DNA of 64,000 nt from Dimorphilus gyrociliatus (GCA_904063045.1 CAJFCJ010000012.1:2289180-2353179), one strand, 5' to 3'. Shown: positions 26,664 to 41,409, counted from the stretch's first letter. Program-made: numbers and translations. The notes: generated by a model from the sequence alone, not told the origin.

Positions 26664-29600
26664 GATTTTATTAGTATTATTATAGCTAAATGTTTATAAT
26701 CTCTAGTCCTCTAGTCTTTTTCTTCTTCTCCTTCCTCTGCCTTTACTCTACAATTCCAAAGTTTGAAATAGTTTAAGAAGTATTCTCTATTAAATCTCAT
26801 TAGCTGACTTATTTTAGTAATTTAATACATTTGTTATATCGTATAGCTGTTATTGTTTATTAAATGGTTACAGTAACAATAATTATCCTGTAATAGGTTT
26901 GACTTATTAAAAAACATATTTATAATAGCTTTTGTGTCAAAGGAAAACAAATCTAAATAAACCTATTCTATAGGATTTTCTCTTGATGAAAAAATACTAA
27001 AATCAATTTGAAAAAGTACTCTTCTCTCCTCTCTTTCTCTCTCTCTCTCTCTCTCTCTAAAAAGGGAATAAAAATAGTAATAGAAAAAAAAGAACCTGCT
27101 TTTAGGACATTCTAAATAATCTCAATCTAATGAAACCCGATTACTCTAAAATTAGAGGTTAGACGGTGAATATCAAATTGAAATGATACTTTTACTGAAA
27201 ATGTCAAATTTACAAGATGGAAACTACACGATTCGTCAGAGGTGAAAATTCCTTCGTATAGTTTACTAACAATAATAACTAGTCTGTATCCCTTAGGTGG
27301 GTTAAAGTTGCTTTTAACCTATTCCCTTCAATATAGGACTACCTATGAAAATATATATATATATAGCTACTATATGTATTGACGTTTTCAATGTACTAAA
27401 AGTTTGAATTACAATCCACCTTAATATGATACTAGCAATTAGGATTTAACAACCTATCGAAGAATTGTTTGTTGGGAAATAGGCTAATTAATAGGGCGTG
27501 TCATAAAAAGCGACTGATTGGTCCTTTTTTCTCATTTATTTAATAAGGAAAAATTAGAAAGAGAAAGGTTTCCAAAGGTTTCCACAATCGCCAAAAGATG
27601 GAGCCCTCTTTCTACTTTAGATTCTCGTTCTCTTTTCTCTTCGACGCAAAAAAGCGTATTAGGTTAGAGTTTATATTCATATATATATATACATATATGC
27701 ATATTTGTATATATGTATACAGTATATATTGGAATATCGTATCGCTAAGAGGAGCTAAAAATGTTTAGAGCTCTATTACAACGAAGAAAACTGAGCTAAC
27801 TAGGAAAAACGTTCGTGATAAAGAAGACTCTTTGAAAAAAAAACATGAAATTACTTAAAGGAAAAAAAATGAGAATAAGAGTAAAATGCATCAAGAAAGA
27901 TGCATTTTTTTGCAACTAAGATGACTTAGTGAAAGAAAGTAGGAGAGGAAGAAAGAATGGAAAAGAGAGACGCAAATATAAGAAAGGAAGCGGAAGAGAA
28001 TTTATGAAAAATCTGTCCAATAAGTAATCCGATGGAAACATGGGAAAATATTAGCCGAAGCTGATTAATCCTTTTTTGTTGTCGACTGCGCGAAAGCGTT
28101 TCTTTTAATCATGGCGTTCGCCTTTGCAAAGTCGCCGCACGTCGTCCGCCAGGAAAAAACTGCACCTGTTGCCCGATGGGAGGAGATAAAGGAGAGGGAG
28201 GCAGTAGGCGTGAAAAAGGAGGGCGAAAAGGGCTAAGATAAAGCTATTGGAGGGTAAAGCAGCCGCTTTTCTCCTTTTCTTTCTTCTTCTCTCCATCCCT
28301 TTGCCGACTTTGACGTCCGGCGCGTGCCTCTTCTATTAACTGTCGGATGATGAAAGGCGGCTACTTTCCGGTCTTTTCCACCAGCGCTTTTCACTTCCTG
28401 TTTTCTATTGCAGCCAAGACATTACTTTTTATAAAAATAAGATTAACAATTAACTAACCACAAAAAACTGTAGAATAGGTCTAAGCAATTTTTTTAACGC
28501 GTTTCTGGATATTGCTGTAGGGCCTGAGGGTTAATTAGATTATATTCCTGTAAAAACTCGCTTCCTTTCAACATTCCAGTCTTTTGTTTATTTTGCGCAT
28601 ACGTTCGTGTTTTGAATTGGGAATTCCCGAGTTACGGAGGATTACGGTCGAACGACTTGTCGGATATTTGTTTCGAAGAGGCCGTATGTTACTATTTATC
28701 TTAGTATTTAGTCAGATCTAGACCAATTCTCATTCTCTAAAAGGAAAAGGGGGAAAAACAACCGAGCTTTACTAACGCCCCTTATTTTATTTTTAATCTC
28801 ACTCCAAAGCTTTCACCCAACATCTATGACCTATTTACAAACTGGAGTACAAACTCTTCGGGATTTTATCCCCTTTTGACATTTTACGCCGCTTCTCCGC
28901 TCTTCGACGACAAAAGCGTTTCTTGCGCAACATCAGTGCTCCTGTAACGGGCGTTAGCAAACGACGCCTCAATGACAGGCAATTCCCACCGGCTATCACG
29001 GCAAATCGCGCTGATTTCATGCTCATATTGCTACGCTATTAGATTACTGACTCTTTCACCGAATCCATGTATAAGGTGTTTACAACGACTTTATAAACAT
29101 AACAAGGAAATAACTATTCCATACGATGTACAACATCCACGTTTTTAATATCCTTCTAACTTCTTACTCTCTTCCTGTTATATGAAATATTTCAGTTTTA
29201 TAGGCCTAACAAAGTCATATGTGAAGTAAACATTTGAATATAAATACAATACAGTGTTGTAGTAGAAGCAAAATGCAAAAGATTCATCTCTTTCTTTAAT
29301 GTGCTTCCTTAGTTTACTCTTTTATATACTGTTATATATATATACAAAATACAAACATAGTACATAAATATAGTAGACGTAGCGTATAATATTAATATAC
29401 TATATTAACTGTAGGCGCGTGTGTGACTCTTCTGTAGAGGACAAATATTCTAAAGGACAAAATGAAGGGAGGATAAATCGTAATTCTTAAGGAGGGAATA
29501 AAAACAATACTTACTATTCAATTTAACTTTATCCTTATCTTCTTTAGCTTTTACTTGTTCAATATTATATTACTGAGAAATATTAATCAAGTTGATTTCA

Positions 29601-31166
29601 TGTTTGCACTTCTTTCTATTTTTAATATTCGTAATTGTTTATAGGTTAAAGAAACTTTGCTGAGGCTTAAATAGACTGAGGGTAGGATATAGAGAGAAGA
29701 AAGCAAGAGCAAGAAACAACTAAGGATAAAACTTGTTTAGCGTATGTGCGCTATACGATGGTACGTACGTACTTAGACTTATAGACGTTTGTATTGAAAG
29801 ACGGAAGAGACGAGAGTCCATTAGAGAATTACTTTCCAATCGCTTATATACACTAGTAGTAGTGTACTATGTAGATGTACCTGCAACAGTATAGCATCAT
29901 TTTTTCTCTCACTCTCGCTCTTCTCTCGCTCTCTCTAACCACGTTAGTCTCTCAGATCGATGTTTATTCACTTAGCCAGCGCGGTCCGCTTGTCAGGAGA
30001 GAGAGGGAAACAATTCGTCAGGCGCCAGATTAATGATCACGCTCGTTCCATCTTCTCTATCCTTTTCTAAAGTACCTCCTTCAAAAATGCCGCTTTCGTC
30101 TTCCCATCCCCTCTTCGTCCACTTCCGTTCTTACCCTTTCATACGGATATTTCCTAAATCTATAGTCATTTTACGTTGATCTATTTTATCCGCCCTTTAT
30201 CATCATATATCTGTATTTATTCTCTTTTCCTCCCTATCTTTTCGATCATTTCCGCTTTGGTTTTATTTTTCGGAGGAGGTTGCTCATACTTGGTTGGCTA
30301 CTTAATATTTTCCTTCCTTTCTACGCAGTTAGTTTCTACATACAATATAGAAAATGCAAAATTTCGTTCGGCTGGAAAAAACGCGTTAAAAGGTTATTCT
30401 GCAGCTAGACTGCAAATGCTTTTTCCTAAACACTTTTAGCGCTTCATAATTATATTACAGAAACGTCAATTTGCACAATTTATATCATGTTTATAGTATT
30501 GATATACACAGATAATCGATAGACATATAGCACTTTTCATTCTGAAAAAACAGATAAGTAGTGAGTGTATAAGCTAATGGGAAATTGGCATTTAAAAAAA
30601 ATTGAGGAAAATAGGGCAAAGGATAAAAAATAGAAAAACAGACAGAGAGAATAAGAGATTTCAATAGAGTTTAAGTTAGATGCCTTCTGTCTTGTTTGCA
30701 CAAGCGTAATCTCAACAAGTCATTCAATGTCGTTAATACGCATTTCCCAACCCTTTTCTCTCAAAACCCTTTGAACACACCTCTTCCTCCCCTCTTTTTT
30801 ATGCAACATAAAGCTCGAAATGGTCACCATGTGCCGATGACGCAAGTCCATGTAATGTTTACCGACTATAATTAGAAAGGAGCGCTGGAAGAATAGAATG
30901 GTAATAAGGTAAAATAATGATTAATGAATGAGAAACATGGGAAAACACGTCCGGGTCAAGCGTACAATCGAATTGCCCTCTTCATACGACTGAAAACTTA
31001 ATTGCAGCAGTTTTGACTGTAATGCGGAGCTTTTTATGCCAGAACGCGTGCTCAAGTCATGCAACTTAAGAAAATATCCAACAGTTTTTCCCCTTTTATC
31101 TCAAAGAATATTCAGAAAGAAAGGGTGATAGAGAGAGAGGGGGGAGAGAAAGACAGAAAGAATGAA

Positions 31167-31197
<31 letters not shown>

Positions 31198-33639
31198 TGG
31201 GGAGGAAAGGAGGAAGGGACTGAGAGAAAAAAAATGGAAAAAGGTAGCAGACTTTTCATGAATAATTAGGCAGATGGTTTTAATTATCCTTGCCTATATT
31301 TTACTTGTTTCTATTTTCGTACGTAATACTATTTCACCTACTGAAATGTATATCATGATACCTTTTTCTGACCTATTTGAACATAATTTTTGACGTTATT
31401 TTTTTAACATTTTTTTTATTATTAGTTGATGATAAAAAAATAAAGTAGGATAAAATTCTCTGGGTGTATAACCTCCACTTTGTTCGTAATAGGTATTAAC
31501 GTTAATCTTGTTTAGGCTTATGAGTTGCATGTATAATGTAGTTATTGTTAGATGTTTATTCACCTTCTTCATATTATAACTATCTCTCCCCTTATCCTCT
31601 CCTCTCTCTCCTTCAGTCCTTCCGCCTCTCCGCCTCCACTCTCTGCCTCCCTCCGTACCTCCCGCTAACTACCTATATATCTATCTTACCCAACTTTTTA
31701 GTTTGTTTTATGCTTTAAATGAAAAGCAAAATAAAGATTTTTAACTAGGCCAAGAACGCTGACGGCACGCAACTAATCATCTTTCAGCAACAACCGCAAT
31801 TTATTTTTGCAGTAAGCGTGCCAGCACGCCACACTCACCGTACTTGCCGCCTCTTGAGACCAATTGAACGCGAACTGCGAAATATTGTTGAAGGGAGAAA
31901 AAAATTCTTCATTCTAAAAGAACGCAGCACGATACCGCCTACTTTCTGATAAAATTGTCCGCGCAATGGTCGAACAGCACAACGTGACGCCATGTGGCCG
32001 CATATATTCATGACGCGTCTAACGCCTTTGTTGCATGTGATTTAGAAGCTAATCCTCGCTACTGCAATAGACTGCAGTGACGAGTGCAAGTTTTAACCTG
32101 AAGCTCTTCGAATTTACAAAGGCTTGCCATGGATAATATATGCGTAGGCGCACAGAAATCCAAATGAAAACGTAGACCCTTATAAAGTTCTATTACCGAA
32201 ATAATAAATATTTATAGAAATGCATGATTATGTTCACATGTCCCACCTACGAAAGAAATTATAAAAAGGTGCTTTTCAACGTGACACACGTTTTTTCCAA
32301 CTTTAACGTTTAGCTAAGTACGTTTTTTATTTATAAAAAAAAAAATTACTCTTCCTCGACTCTTTTACGTGCTGGACTTTCGCTAATGCTAAAAATAGAA
32401 GTTAATCCTCGCTTTAATACCACAATCGACTGCAACGATTAGTCAAGATATATTTTACTGTGTCTTGACAATCAGAGACCTCTTTTTCCTCATCCTCCAT
32501 TCTGCAAAGGTCGGATGGGAAAATCGGTGAGATATCAAAAGCTAATCCAATGCAATTGAAAGACTAAACGGGCTGTGGAGTTTTAGACGACTGCTTCCGA
32601 AAACAAAGCGTCACGACGTCGGCACGTGGCCCGTCGATCGAGTGACGTCGGGAAAGTTTGACGCGTTACGCGAACGGAGTCGTGTGACCGGATTCTAATA
32701 GTCGCAATAAGGTTTCGACGTTCGACGCCCCAGACGATGCGGCGTCTCTCGCCATGTTTCTTCTCTTTTTCAGACGTACCGCCGTTTCAGCTCTTTGTTG
32801 TTGCCTCCGACCATCTGTTGGCGTTTAGACGCCCCCTCTTTTCTCGCCTTTTATGTCCTTTCGCCCTTTACGTAACGTATTTTCTATATAACTCTCAACT
32901 TTCGTCATTCTAGAAGTAACCGATACCTTTCGGCTCATTCTAATTGATTTTAGTCGTATTTTTCAACATAGCCTTTATTAATTGTCTCTCTTTCATGAGT
33001 TTAATATTTTAAAATAAAATCGTGTTCATCAGGGCACCTGGAAAACTTGAACGGTGTCTGATGACAGAAAACGAATTATAGGCCTAAAGAAATCTCTTTG
33101 AAAATTTTTCAATAGAATATAAAATAAAATAAAAAATGAAAGAAGAAGAAGATGAAGAAGAAGAAGAAGAGAAAAAGAAGAATGTTGATAAAACAATAAT
33201 TTCAGAGCATAGATTGTATTTTTTTTTAATATGCTTTCCTTATTTTATACATTAATACGCAAAAAAAATGACAGACATTATGAGAGATTTTCTGATTCTG
33301 GAATGGAGAACACACCAAAAGTTTCTTCTTCCTATTACATTTTTTTTATTGTTTTTCTTTTTTTTTACACAGAGTATAGTGCGTTCCATGTAAAAGAAAA
33401 AAAAATTCACTTTTTCGATATATTTGCAAATTATGAAGAGACGAATTTTGTTCTTTATGAATATTCATATGATTCAATTATGAGCTTTAAAGACAGATAG
33501 ATAGTGAGAGCGAAAGAGAGAAAGAAAGAGAGAGAGAGAGAGAGAGAGAAGATTTAAACAGGAAGAGTAAAAGCAGAAAATTTGAAGAGATGTATGTATC
33601 AGAGAGGACGAAAGAGAGAGAGATAACGGGAGGTAACAG

Positions 33640-35099
33640 TCAATAAACTTCCACGTGATTCGCCGAAAAGTTGTAAGCGTCGCCGTTAGAAGATGCTGGT
33701 GGCGCTGGTCCTATTGGTGCGGGATTTCCGGAAACTTGAGCTTCCGGTAAAGCAAATCTTGGGGGCATCCATCCATCAGAAGCGTAGTGAATCGTCTCGT
33801 CCATCTCATCTCCTGTTACGTAATCTATTCGTTATGTAATGTAATGTACTTTTTGCACTTGGTTCTTTATATAACAGATTTATACAGAAAATACAAAAGT
33901 AGCTAAGTAGCTATTTTGTTTAAATAAGAAAAGTGAATTGATAAACTTACCAAATCCATCCATGGTATCATCCGTTCGATCTTCCCCGCCATTTCCCCCA
34001 TCTAATTGAGCGTCTCGTCGGAAATAAGGCGTCCAACGTTGTCTTCCAGCATCTTTTTTCAGTCGTTTCTCTTTCGCCCGTCGATTCTGGAACCAAACTT
34101 GAACGACTCGCATATCTAAACCAGTTTCGGCACTCAATTGTTCTCGAATATGCCTTGCCGGTTTCGGAGATTCCTGATAAGCTCGCTTTAAAGCCTCCAG
34201 CTGCTTTGCTGTTATCGTCGTTCTTGGCCTTTTATTCGCGTTATCCAGATCGAATTCTATGGAAAGAACACAAAATACCCTGAGGCTAAGTACGTTGGAG
34301 AGAAAATTAATCAGCTTATACCGCGAGCTTTTGCAGTCTCGTAGTCGGCTTTACAGACAAGTTTTCTATCGTCCATCAGGTAGAATTCATCACCCGTGTT
34401 CAATTGATTGGAGCACATCATGCAGGCAAAACACTCCAGATGGTAAACGTTATCCTGCGCCCGTCTCACGACTTGAGTTGGTGGGATTCCCTTATCGCAT
34501 CCGGCGCACCGTGTTCCAAAGCGGCTGTGCACACACAAGGATTATTCCAAATATTAATTATCGATATTTGTTATTATTTTATTTGTATTCCTATTGACAG
34601 TAGATCTATTGTCTCTTTCCTAACGGATTCCCTACATTCTATCAATCCTAACCGTGACATCGGCTCAGCCCCTTTTGTCCCTCTTTATGATTTTTTTCCA
34701 ATGACTGTATCGATGTTTAATCGCGTTAGTCGGACAAAATCGAATTCCGAGGTGAGAGAATTGAATTTATGCCCGGCAAAGCTCCGATTGATTTAATTAA
34801 TGACCTCATTTCGCCTCTTGAATTAAATTAAGCAGATATGAAATACCGGAAAATACTCTATATACCCATATAAAGACGTCCATCTTATTTTTTTACATTA
34901 CATCAATGTAAATTAATTATATACCTAAAGAAATCTTCTTTGCAGTAGACGTTTTCGCCTTTTGAAAAGCATTTGTCACTTAATCTCTCTCCGCAATCGG
35001 CACATTTTAAACAGGCAGCGTGCCAAGCACGTTCGAGCACCTTAAGAATAAACCGATCTATGATCGGCTCACCGCATCCCGAGCACTTGGGTAGCGAAG
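33640..35099 (-). CDS. Lhx3: LIM-homeobox transcription factor Lhx3/4 (first exon unresolved)
   Basis: LIM1 [21 protein letters not shown]2 [23 protein letters not shown], homeodomain [43 protein letters not shown] (Lhx3/4 diagnostic). Exons 35099-34925, 34524-34322, 34256-~33949, ~33812-33640. Confidence 0.95.
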
Positions 35100-38000
35100 C
35101 TGAAATATTTGAAAGTGAGATATATACACATATATACATACTCTTTTAAATCTACCATTAGATACTTGTGTACACATAATTTATTAAAACATTCAATGTT
35201 AATAAAAGCAGTATAAAGTAACAACTGACAAACAACAACAACTGGAAAGCATAGGGGATGAATTGGAAAAAAAATGAGAAAAACTAGGAAAAGTTCACCA
35301 TCTATATTGGCATTTTCGTGGCGTTTAAGCGTCGTCAATTATTCACACGACCTTTTCGGTGGAACATGAACGATCGCTCGGGCACAGGTGGACGAGTAAA
35401 TACAAACAATTAGTTTTTCCGATCACGTGATTTGTCCTTGTTCATTGACGTGTAAAAGGGATAATAACAGCAACAAAAAATATAATTATAAAAAATAACG
35501 CAAGGGATAAAGAAGTGCTAACATTTGAAAGCAAGTAGATTAGACGTCTAAGTAATGATATGAAATATTTTGAATGCTAAACGTTGGATATATTTCCGTG
35601 AATAGTGAGTGTAAAAACGAAAAAATTTGGTGGAAAACTTGACTCGGCTACCGAAACTAATTAAATTAGACGCCTTTGAATCGAGATCAATAGCATTACA
35701 GACCGTATCGCCACTTTTACGGATCGACTGTCAATATCCTTTGAAATCCCTCCTCGCCTCCTTCTACGCCTTTTCTAACTCTGTACGCATTGCTATATAT
35801 GTATATTACATTTTATTTGAGTTATGTTGTTGTTGTTTTTGTTTTCCTTTTCTTTTTTTGCAACATAAATTTTTCAGTTTTCTTATCAAATAATTAATTT
35901 ATATTAAAGATAAAAAATTTTTAACGCTTCTCCCTTCTCTCTTCATCATAAAAACACATCATAAATTTGATTGAAATTTCCAGAGGAAAGTAACAGAAGA
36001 TGAATATATAAAAATTTTATAGACTAATCGTCCGGGAAAAACAATTTTCCCTGCACGTCTAAATCTACTTTCTATCTATTCTTTTTTCTGTTATATATAA
36101 TGTCTATACCCGGTGACGCTTCCGACGCTTACGTCCATTATTATACTTAGGGGAGGAAAAAAAAAAGAAACGGACGAAGAACGAAACGAAACGAAGAATA
36201 ATCTTTAATTATCTTATCTTTACTCACTTTGCAAAAATTTGTGCCTGGAAATATATTCACTTAATTCTCGGCTATCGAAAGAAGTCATTTCCAATAAGGA
36301 CGCTGGCGTCCGACTGAAGCGTTACTCTTCGTCGACGCCTCATGAATATTAATGAGCCAGCGGCCAGTGAACGTGTTTGTAGGAGGTGCTAAGTAAACAA
36401 GACTGTTCCGGTATACTATGTCTCTGTACATATAAAAACTAGTTTTGTCGAGTAGCCAAATCTGGAAAAAAGGAAATTTCAATGAAAATTTCTTATTAAA
36501 AATAAAAATATTATTTTTATTCTTACCGTCTCGTCTTCCAGGAGCAGATTAAGAGATGTATATCTCAAAGCTAACAACCAACTAATTCTCTATCGCTTCC
36601 TCGTGTTTGTCAGATTAGTAGGGGGCGTAAAAAGATAAGGAGATGGTTATCTTTACTATTCTCATGTTAATTAGTCTGATTAGTATTCGCCGCCGACTTT
36701 CTCCGTCCTAATTATCTCTTTTTGTTTGTCAAGATGTTTGTCGGATTTAGAGATTTAGGAGAATTGATAAGGGGACATTAAGTTATTAAAGCTATATTAT
36801 TTACGTTTTTGATTTCAATTCTTTTCACTTTTCGTTTTGAATTGTGTTTTTCTATCTTCTGGTGTCTTATTTTTCTATAGAACGTTTGCGAAAGGGGAGA
36901 GAGAATGAGCGAGAGAAAGAAACTGAAAGAGGATGGGGGAAAGAAGACGATGAAGAGCAAGATTTTGTAGATTAACAGTAACAGATATTGAGGAATACGT
37001 GTACGTTTTCATACAAAATTTCAATGAGAAAACAACTCACTCCAGAAAGAGAAAGAGCGAGGAAGAAAGAAAAGACAGGCCGATCTTTTTCGAATATTTT
37101 GCTTTCTACTTTTAACAAACCAAAGAGAATATCGTGATAATTATTATTATTAGAAAAAGTCGTGACAAACATTTCCATCTGCCAGCTGAATTATTTCCAA
37201 TACTGCTACTACTGTTCAAAGAAGAGTTTATGCATTACTCCGAGTGGAGGAAAGGAAGGGATCGATGAAATAATGAGAAAACAAGTGTTGGCGGGACGTT
37301 TGCTGAAGCCATAGATAGACGGTCGTATATAGAAGTTGGGGAAACAGTAAAAGTGTGTATAATACCCGAGATAAACAAGTTGTGACGCGGCAAATATATT
37401 CGTTTCGTTGTCCATGACGAGATGACCAGATGTTTTCTCGACTCGCCATAAGCGACTGTGTCTTGGGAAATTAAGGTGCCACCGACACTCGTCCGCTCAC
37501 TGTCGAACGCTCTAGTCGGCCGATTGCGCGGACAACGCATTTTAGGACAAAAAAATTTCGCAGCCCGCACCCTGCTTTGATGTTTTGATGGATAGCGGGA
37601 CGTTTCGCAGGTGATGTCCGGCGGCGCGTGATGGATTGGCGAAAATTATTATCTACGCCGTCTGGCGGTAAGATCTTCTTTTCTTTTACGTCCGCGTGCA
37701 ATTGTCTATATGTGTGTATAGGGCGCGTCAAAGTATCCGTTAGAAAAGAAAAGGGAAAGAGAGTTGGTGGAAGGAAAAAGTTTGGACAAAGCTTTATTGC
37801 TTCAGGATTATAATCGCTCTTACCCTTTCATTCCAATCTTGACTTTTGTCTTTCATCATCTATTATCAGAAACGCCCCACTATTCCACGCTCTCCAACGC
37901 CGCTATTTCTTTTCTTCTTCTAAGTAGCTGTGTTAGCACCGTGAACTTCGCTTCATCTATGCAAATTTCCTTTATTACTGATATCCTCCTGCAATACTAC

Positions 38001-38121
38001 CATCCCCGTCTCTTTCGTACTTTTTCGTTGACCCATTTTCGTTTGCCCTTTCTTTTGCTAAGACAACCTCTAGGTTATGCTACTAACATCCCTGGGAAAA
38101 AGTTAAGTAGATTAATAAAAA

Positions 38122-38140
38122 GGACCGCTAGATGGTGCCA
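38122..38140 (+). promoter_or_regulatory. CTCF-like motif between Lhx3 and ZnT6
   Basis: GGACCGCTAGATGGTGCCA resembles the CTCF core with 1-2 mismatches. Confidence 0.35.
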
Positions 38141-38802
38141 CTTTTCAATTAAAAAAAGGACGAGAGAGAAAAACGGAAGGAAGAAAGAAACAAGAAAGAA
38201 GAAAGAGAGAAAGAAAAAAAAGAAAGGAAGGAAGTAACGAAGAGAATGATAATGTCCCGAACTTCTTTTTACTGATGTAATTGTATTGCTTTTTCGCTTA
38301 GCTATATTAACTAAAACAACAAAATCAATCCATTTCGTTGGATACCAAATTAAGAGATATTCCGAAACTAACTGCGCATTCAACCATAAAATGTGCCAAG
38401 ATAAATTAACGAGCCTTAAAAGAGAGAGAGTGAGAGCAGATATACGTAATAAGAATGTCAAGATACGTACTACTCGTGTATGTTACATACTGTATTATAA
38501 ATCAAATTATAGTCTACTTAATTATTCTTCCATTCCAGTCCAGTTTCAAACCTCCTCACCTCCCCTTCATAATAATTTATTAATTTTTTATATATATTCT
38601 ATAAAAACAATTATATTGTAATAATACCAATAGTAGTAATGTCTAAGAGAGCTTAACGAACAAAATATTCCCATCGTCTTTCTTTCTAAAAAATGCATCT
38701 TATGTCAACCCTGACAACCTTTCCAAACGTGAACATAAGAGAATTGACAAGTTAATTTACTTTGTGATGTGACTTTACTACTACTCTTCTCTTCTCTCTC
38801 TA

Positions 38803-38835
<33 letters not shown>

Positions 38836-39348
38836 GCCACTTTTTTAATTTTACGAACGGAATTATTTATTGTTTTTTGACACGTATACTAATCTTGTTA
38901 ACAGAATTCTGATACTAAACGCTAGTTTAGTATGCTTTAGGCAAAAAATTTTCATTCAATATTTACAGTAAATATTCCTTTTCTTTGCGATCTATCTCTC
39001 CATCTCTATTATACAAAGTCATTTAAAGTTATAATAGATTTTGGCAGATCTAATCGATTTTTTCGTTACGTAATATGTTATAGATAATGTTAAAGGATTA
39101 CGAACAAATTTTTTTTCTTGCTTTTTGCGGCTGAATAAAGGTAGATTTTTCAGTTTATTTTTAATACTGTATATAGAGTTTACATTGATTGTCTATAGTA
39201 CTCCTTGCCCGTTAGCAATCTTTATATGATAAACCACGCACCAGTCTCTCACCCACGTATGTGAGCTCGACGTGTTTTATAATATCAAATCTGATTGATT
39301 CTGCTATTTAAATACTACTTATCTACTTGAATTATCGAAAACATCGCC

Positions 39349-41409
39349 ATGAATGGTGGTCCAAGTCAAGAAAGCGACGGTGAGATAGCTTTCTAAACGA
39401 TTCGCGTGTTTTGATCCATATTTCGTCTAGTTCTTTATTTCGCGACTATAAGAATCAATCTTTATCCTTAAATTTCGTTTCTCATTTAGAAATACGACAA
39501 CGAGTTGGTACTGTTATTGATCTTGGAAATGAAACGGTATATTATCTTTAAACGATTATGATATAATGTTTGAATATAAATGAATACTTTCCAGCCGATT
39601 ATGCATCCGTTTCCAAATCAAGATAAAAACTTTTTTAGTAGACTGCTTTCCGAATTATCAACAGTAACTACTAACAACAAAGTAAGTAAATTGAATAACA
39701 ATTTAATTTACATAGACATTCTAATGTTAAATTACCATATAAACAGGTGAAAAGAGTGCTATTTATGGGAGTTTTCATAACATTTAGTATCATATTGTTA
39801 TTAGTATGGTGTAATTCTACAAATAGTATAGGTTTGTAAAATTGTAATAAAACAAGATGGGGATAATTAAATTTTGGTTATTAACGACCTTTTTATAAGA
39901 CTCTTATTCTAACCCCCATACAGCTTTAACTGCATACACCTATTTGGGTTTATTCGATTTATTCAGTCTGGCAACTTGTGTAATTACAATTTGGTCGGAA
40001 AAACAGCAACCGAATAGTACTTATACTTTCGGATATGACCGTTTTGAAGTTCTTGCTGTTTTCGCCACAACCCTTTTAGCACAATTAGGAGCACTTTTCA
40101 TTGTTAAGGAAAGGTATGATAAATTCTCTCTTTCTGCTTTTATAATGTTTTATTTAAAGAAATAACACTTTCCTTTTTTTCATTTTTAGTGTTGAAAGGT
40201 TAATTTTACAACCAGATGTTCATACGTAAGTAAACCTCTCTTTCTTCCTCTCCCTCTCTCTCTCTCTCTCTCTTTTTACTAAAGTAATTAACTATATTCC
40301 TATTTCTATTCTTCTCCATAGAGGACGATTATTGGTTGCAACAATACTAGCATTCGTTGTTCATATGGCTACAACATATTGCGTCAACAATCCTGCTTTC
40401 AATCACGTAGTTTCAGCGAGTAGTTCAAGTTGGTTACAAGAACATACAGCCGATTTTAGTCATTCGTAAGTCGTCCAATTTCTTTTTATCCGTACTTATA
40501 ATAATAATAATAATATACTGAAGGTAGTTTGTATTTATTTTTTATTTTTATCTTCTTAAAGCATTTGCAAAATTGCACCTGGACTAAGCAAGTTACTGTT
40601 GCCGAGAATTAATCCATTCTCTCTTATAGCTTTTGCTGGAGCGTCTGCTATTATTGGCGTTTACTTTATTGTAGATTCATAGTAAGTTTCTTCTATTTAT
40701 ACAATATAATATTTATTATATAATATTGATATTATCATTTAAACCTTTACAGTAATTATACAAGATCTGATACTTGGGCGGCTCTATGGATCGCCCTTAT
40801 GACAGTTGGAACAATGTTCCCAATGACTATGTATACAGGTACCATTCTTCTTCAGGTAAGAATCTTTTGATATTCTATATATCAATTGTTTTTGTGTAAG
40901 AGGCATTGTTTATTTATTTATTTATGTGTGCTTTTATTGTTTATATTCCAGACAACTCCAGGTCACGTTTTAGGTCAAATTGATAAGTGCCTTAGGGAAG
41001 CCTCAACTCTCGATGGTGTCCTTGAATTTCAACACGAGCACTGTTGGTCAGTGGGCTTCAAAGGAATGGTATGAATAACCTCTTGAAAACAATTACTTTC
41101 TCTTCTGTAACTAACAAACACATATACAAATAGGCTGGTTCAATGCACGTTCGAGTTAGACGAGACGCCGATGAACAATTGGTTTTGGCACACGTTGTGA
41201 ACAGATTGTCGGATCTTGTACCCAATCTAACCGTTCAAATATTTAAAGACGATTGGACAAGACCAACTGCTCGTCAAATAATATCTCAATCTCCAAATTT
41301 CGCTTCACCAACACTCTTTCCTTATCGACCAAGTACGTCGCCTCAACAACTTGATACGAAATTTAACGGAAGAGCCCCAGGTTCATTTGACACTCAGAGA
41401 ATAGCATAA
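39349..41409 (+). CDS. SLC30A6: Zinc transporter 6 (cation diffusion facilitator)
   Basis: About 11 in-frame exons. Motifs STNSIALTAYTY..FDLFSL, FGYDRFEVLAVF, QPDVHTGRLL, SWLQEH.AD, LLQTTP.HV.GQ.DK, HVRVRRDADEQ.VLAHV.NRL match ZnT6. Confidence 0.93.

Noticed and set aside
34780-34835. TAATTA-rich homeodomain-like sites in Lhx3 intron (autoregulation)
   Set aside because: Expected by chance in such AT-rich DNA.
37209-38621. Several overlapping 70-157 aa ORFs on both strands
   Set aside because: No domain motifs, low complexity and no coherent splice chain; treated as Lhx3 upstream non-coding DNA.
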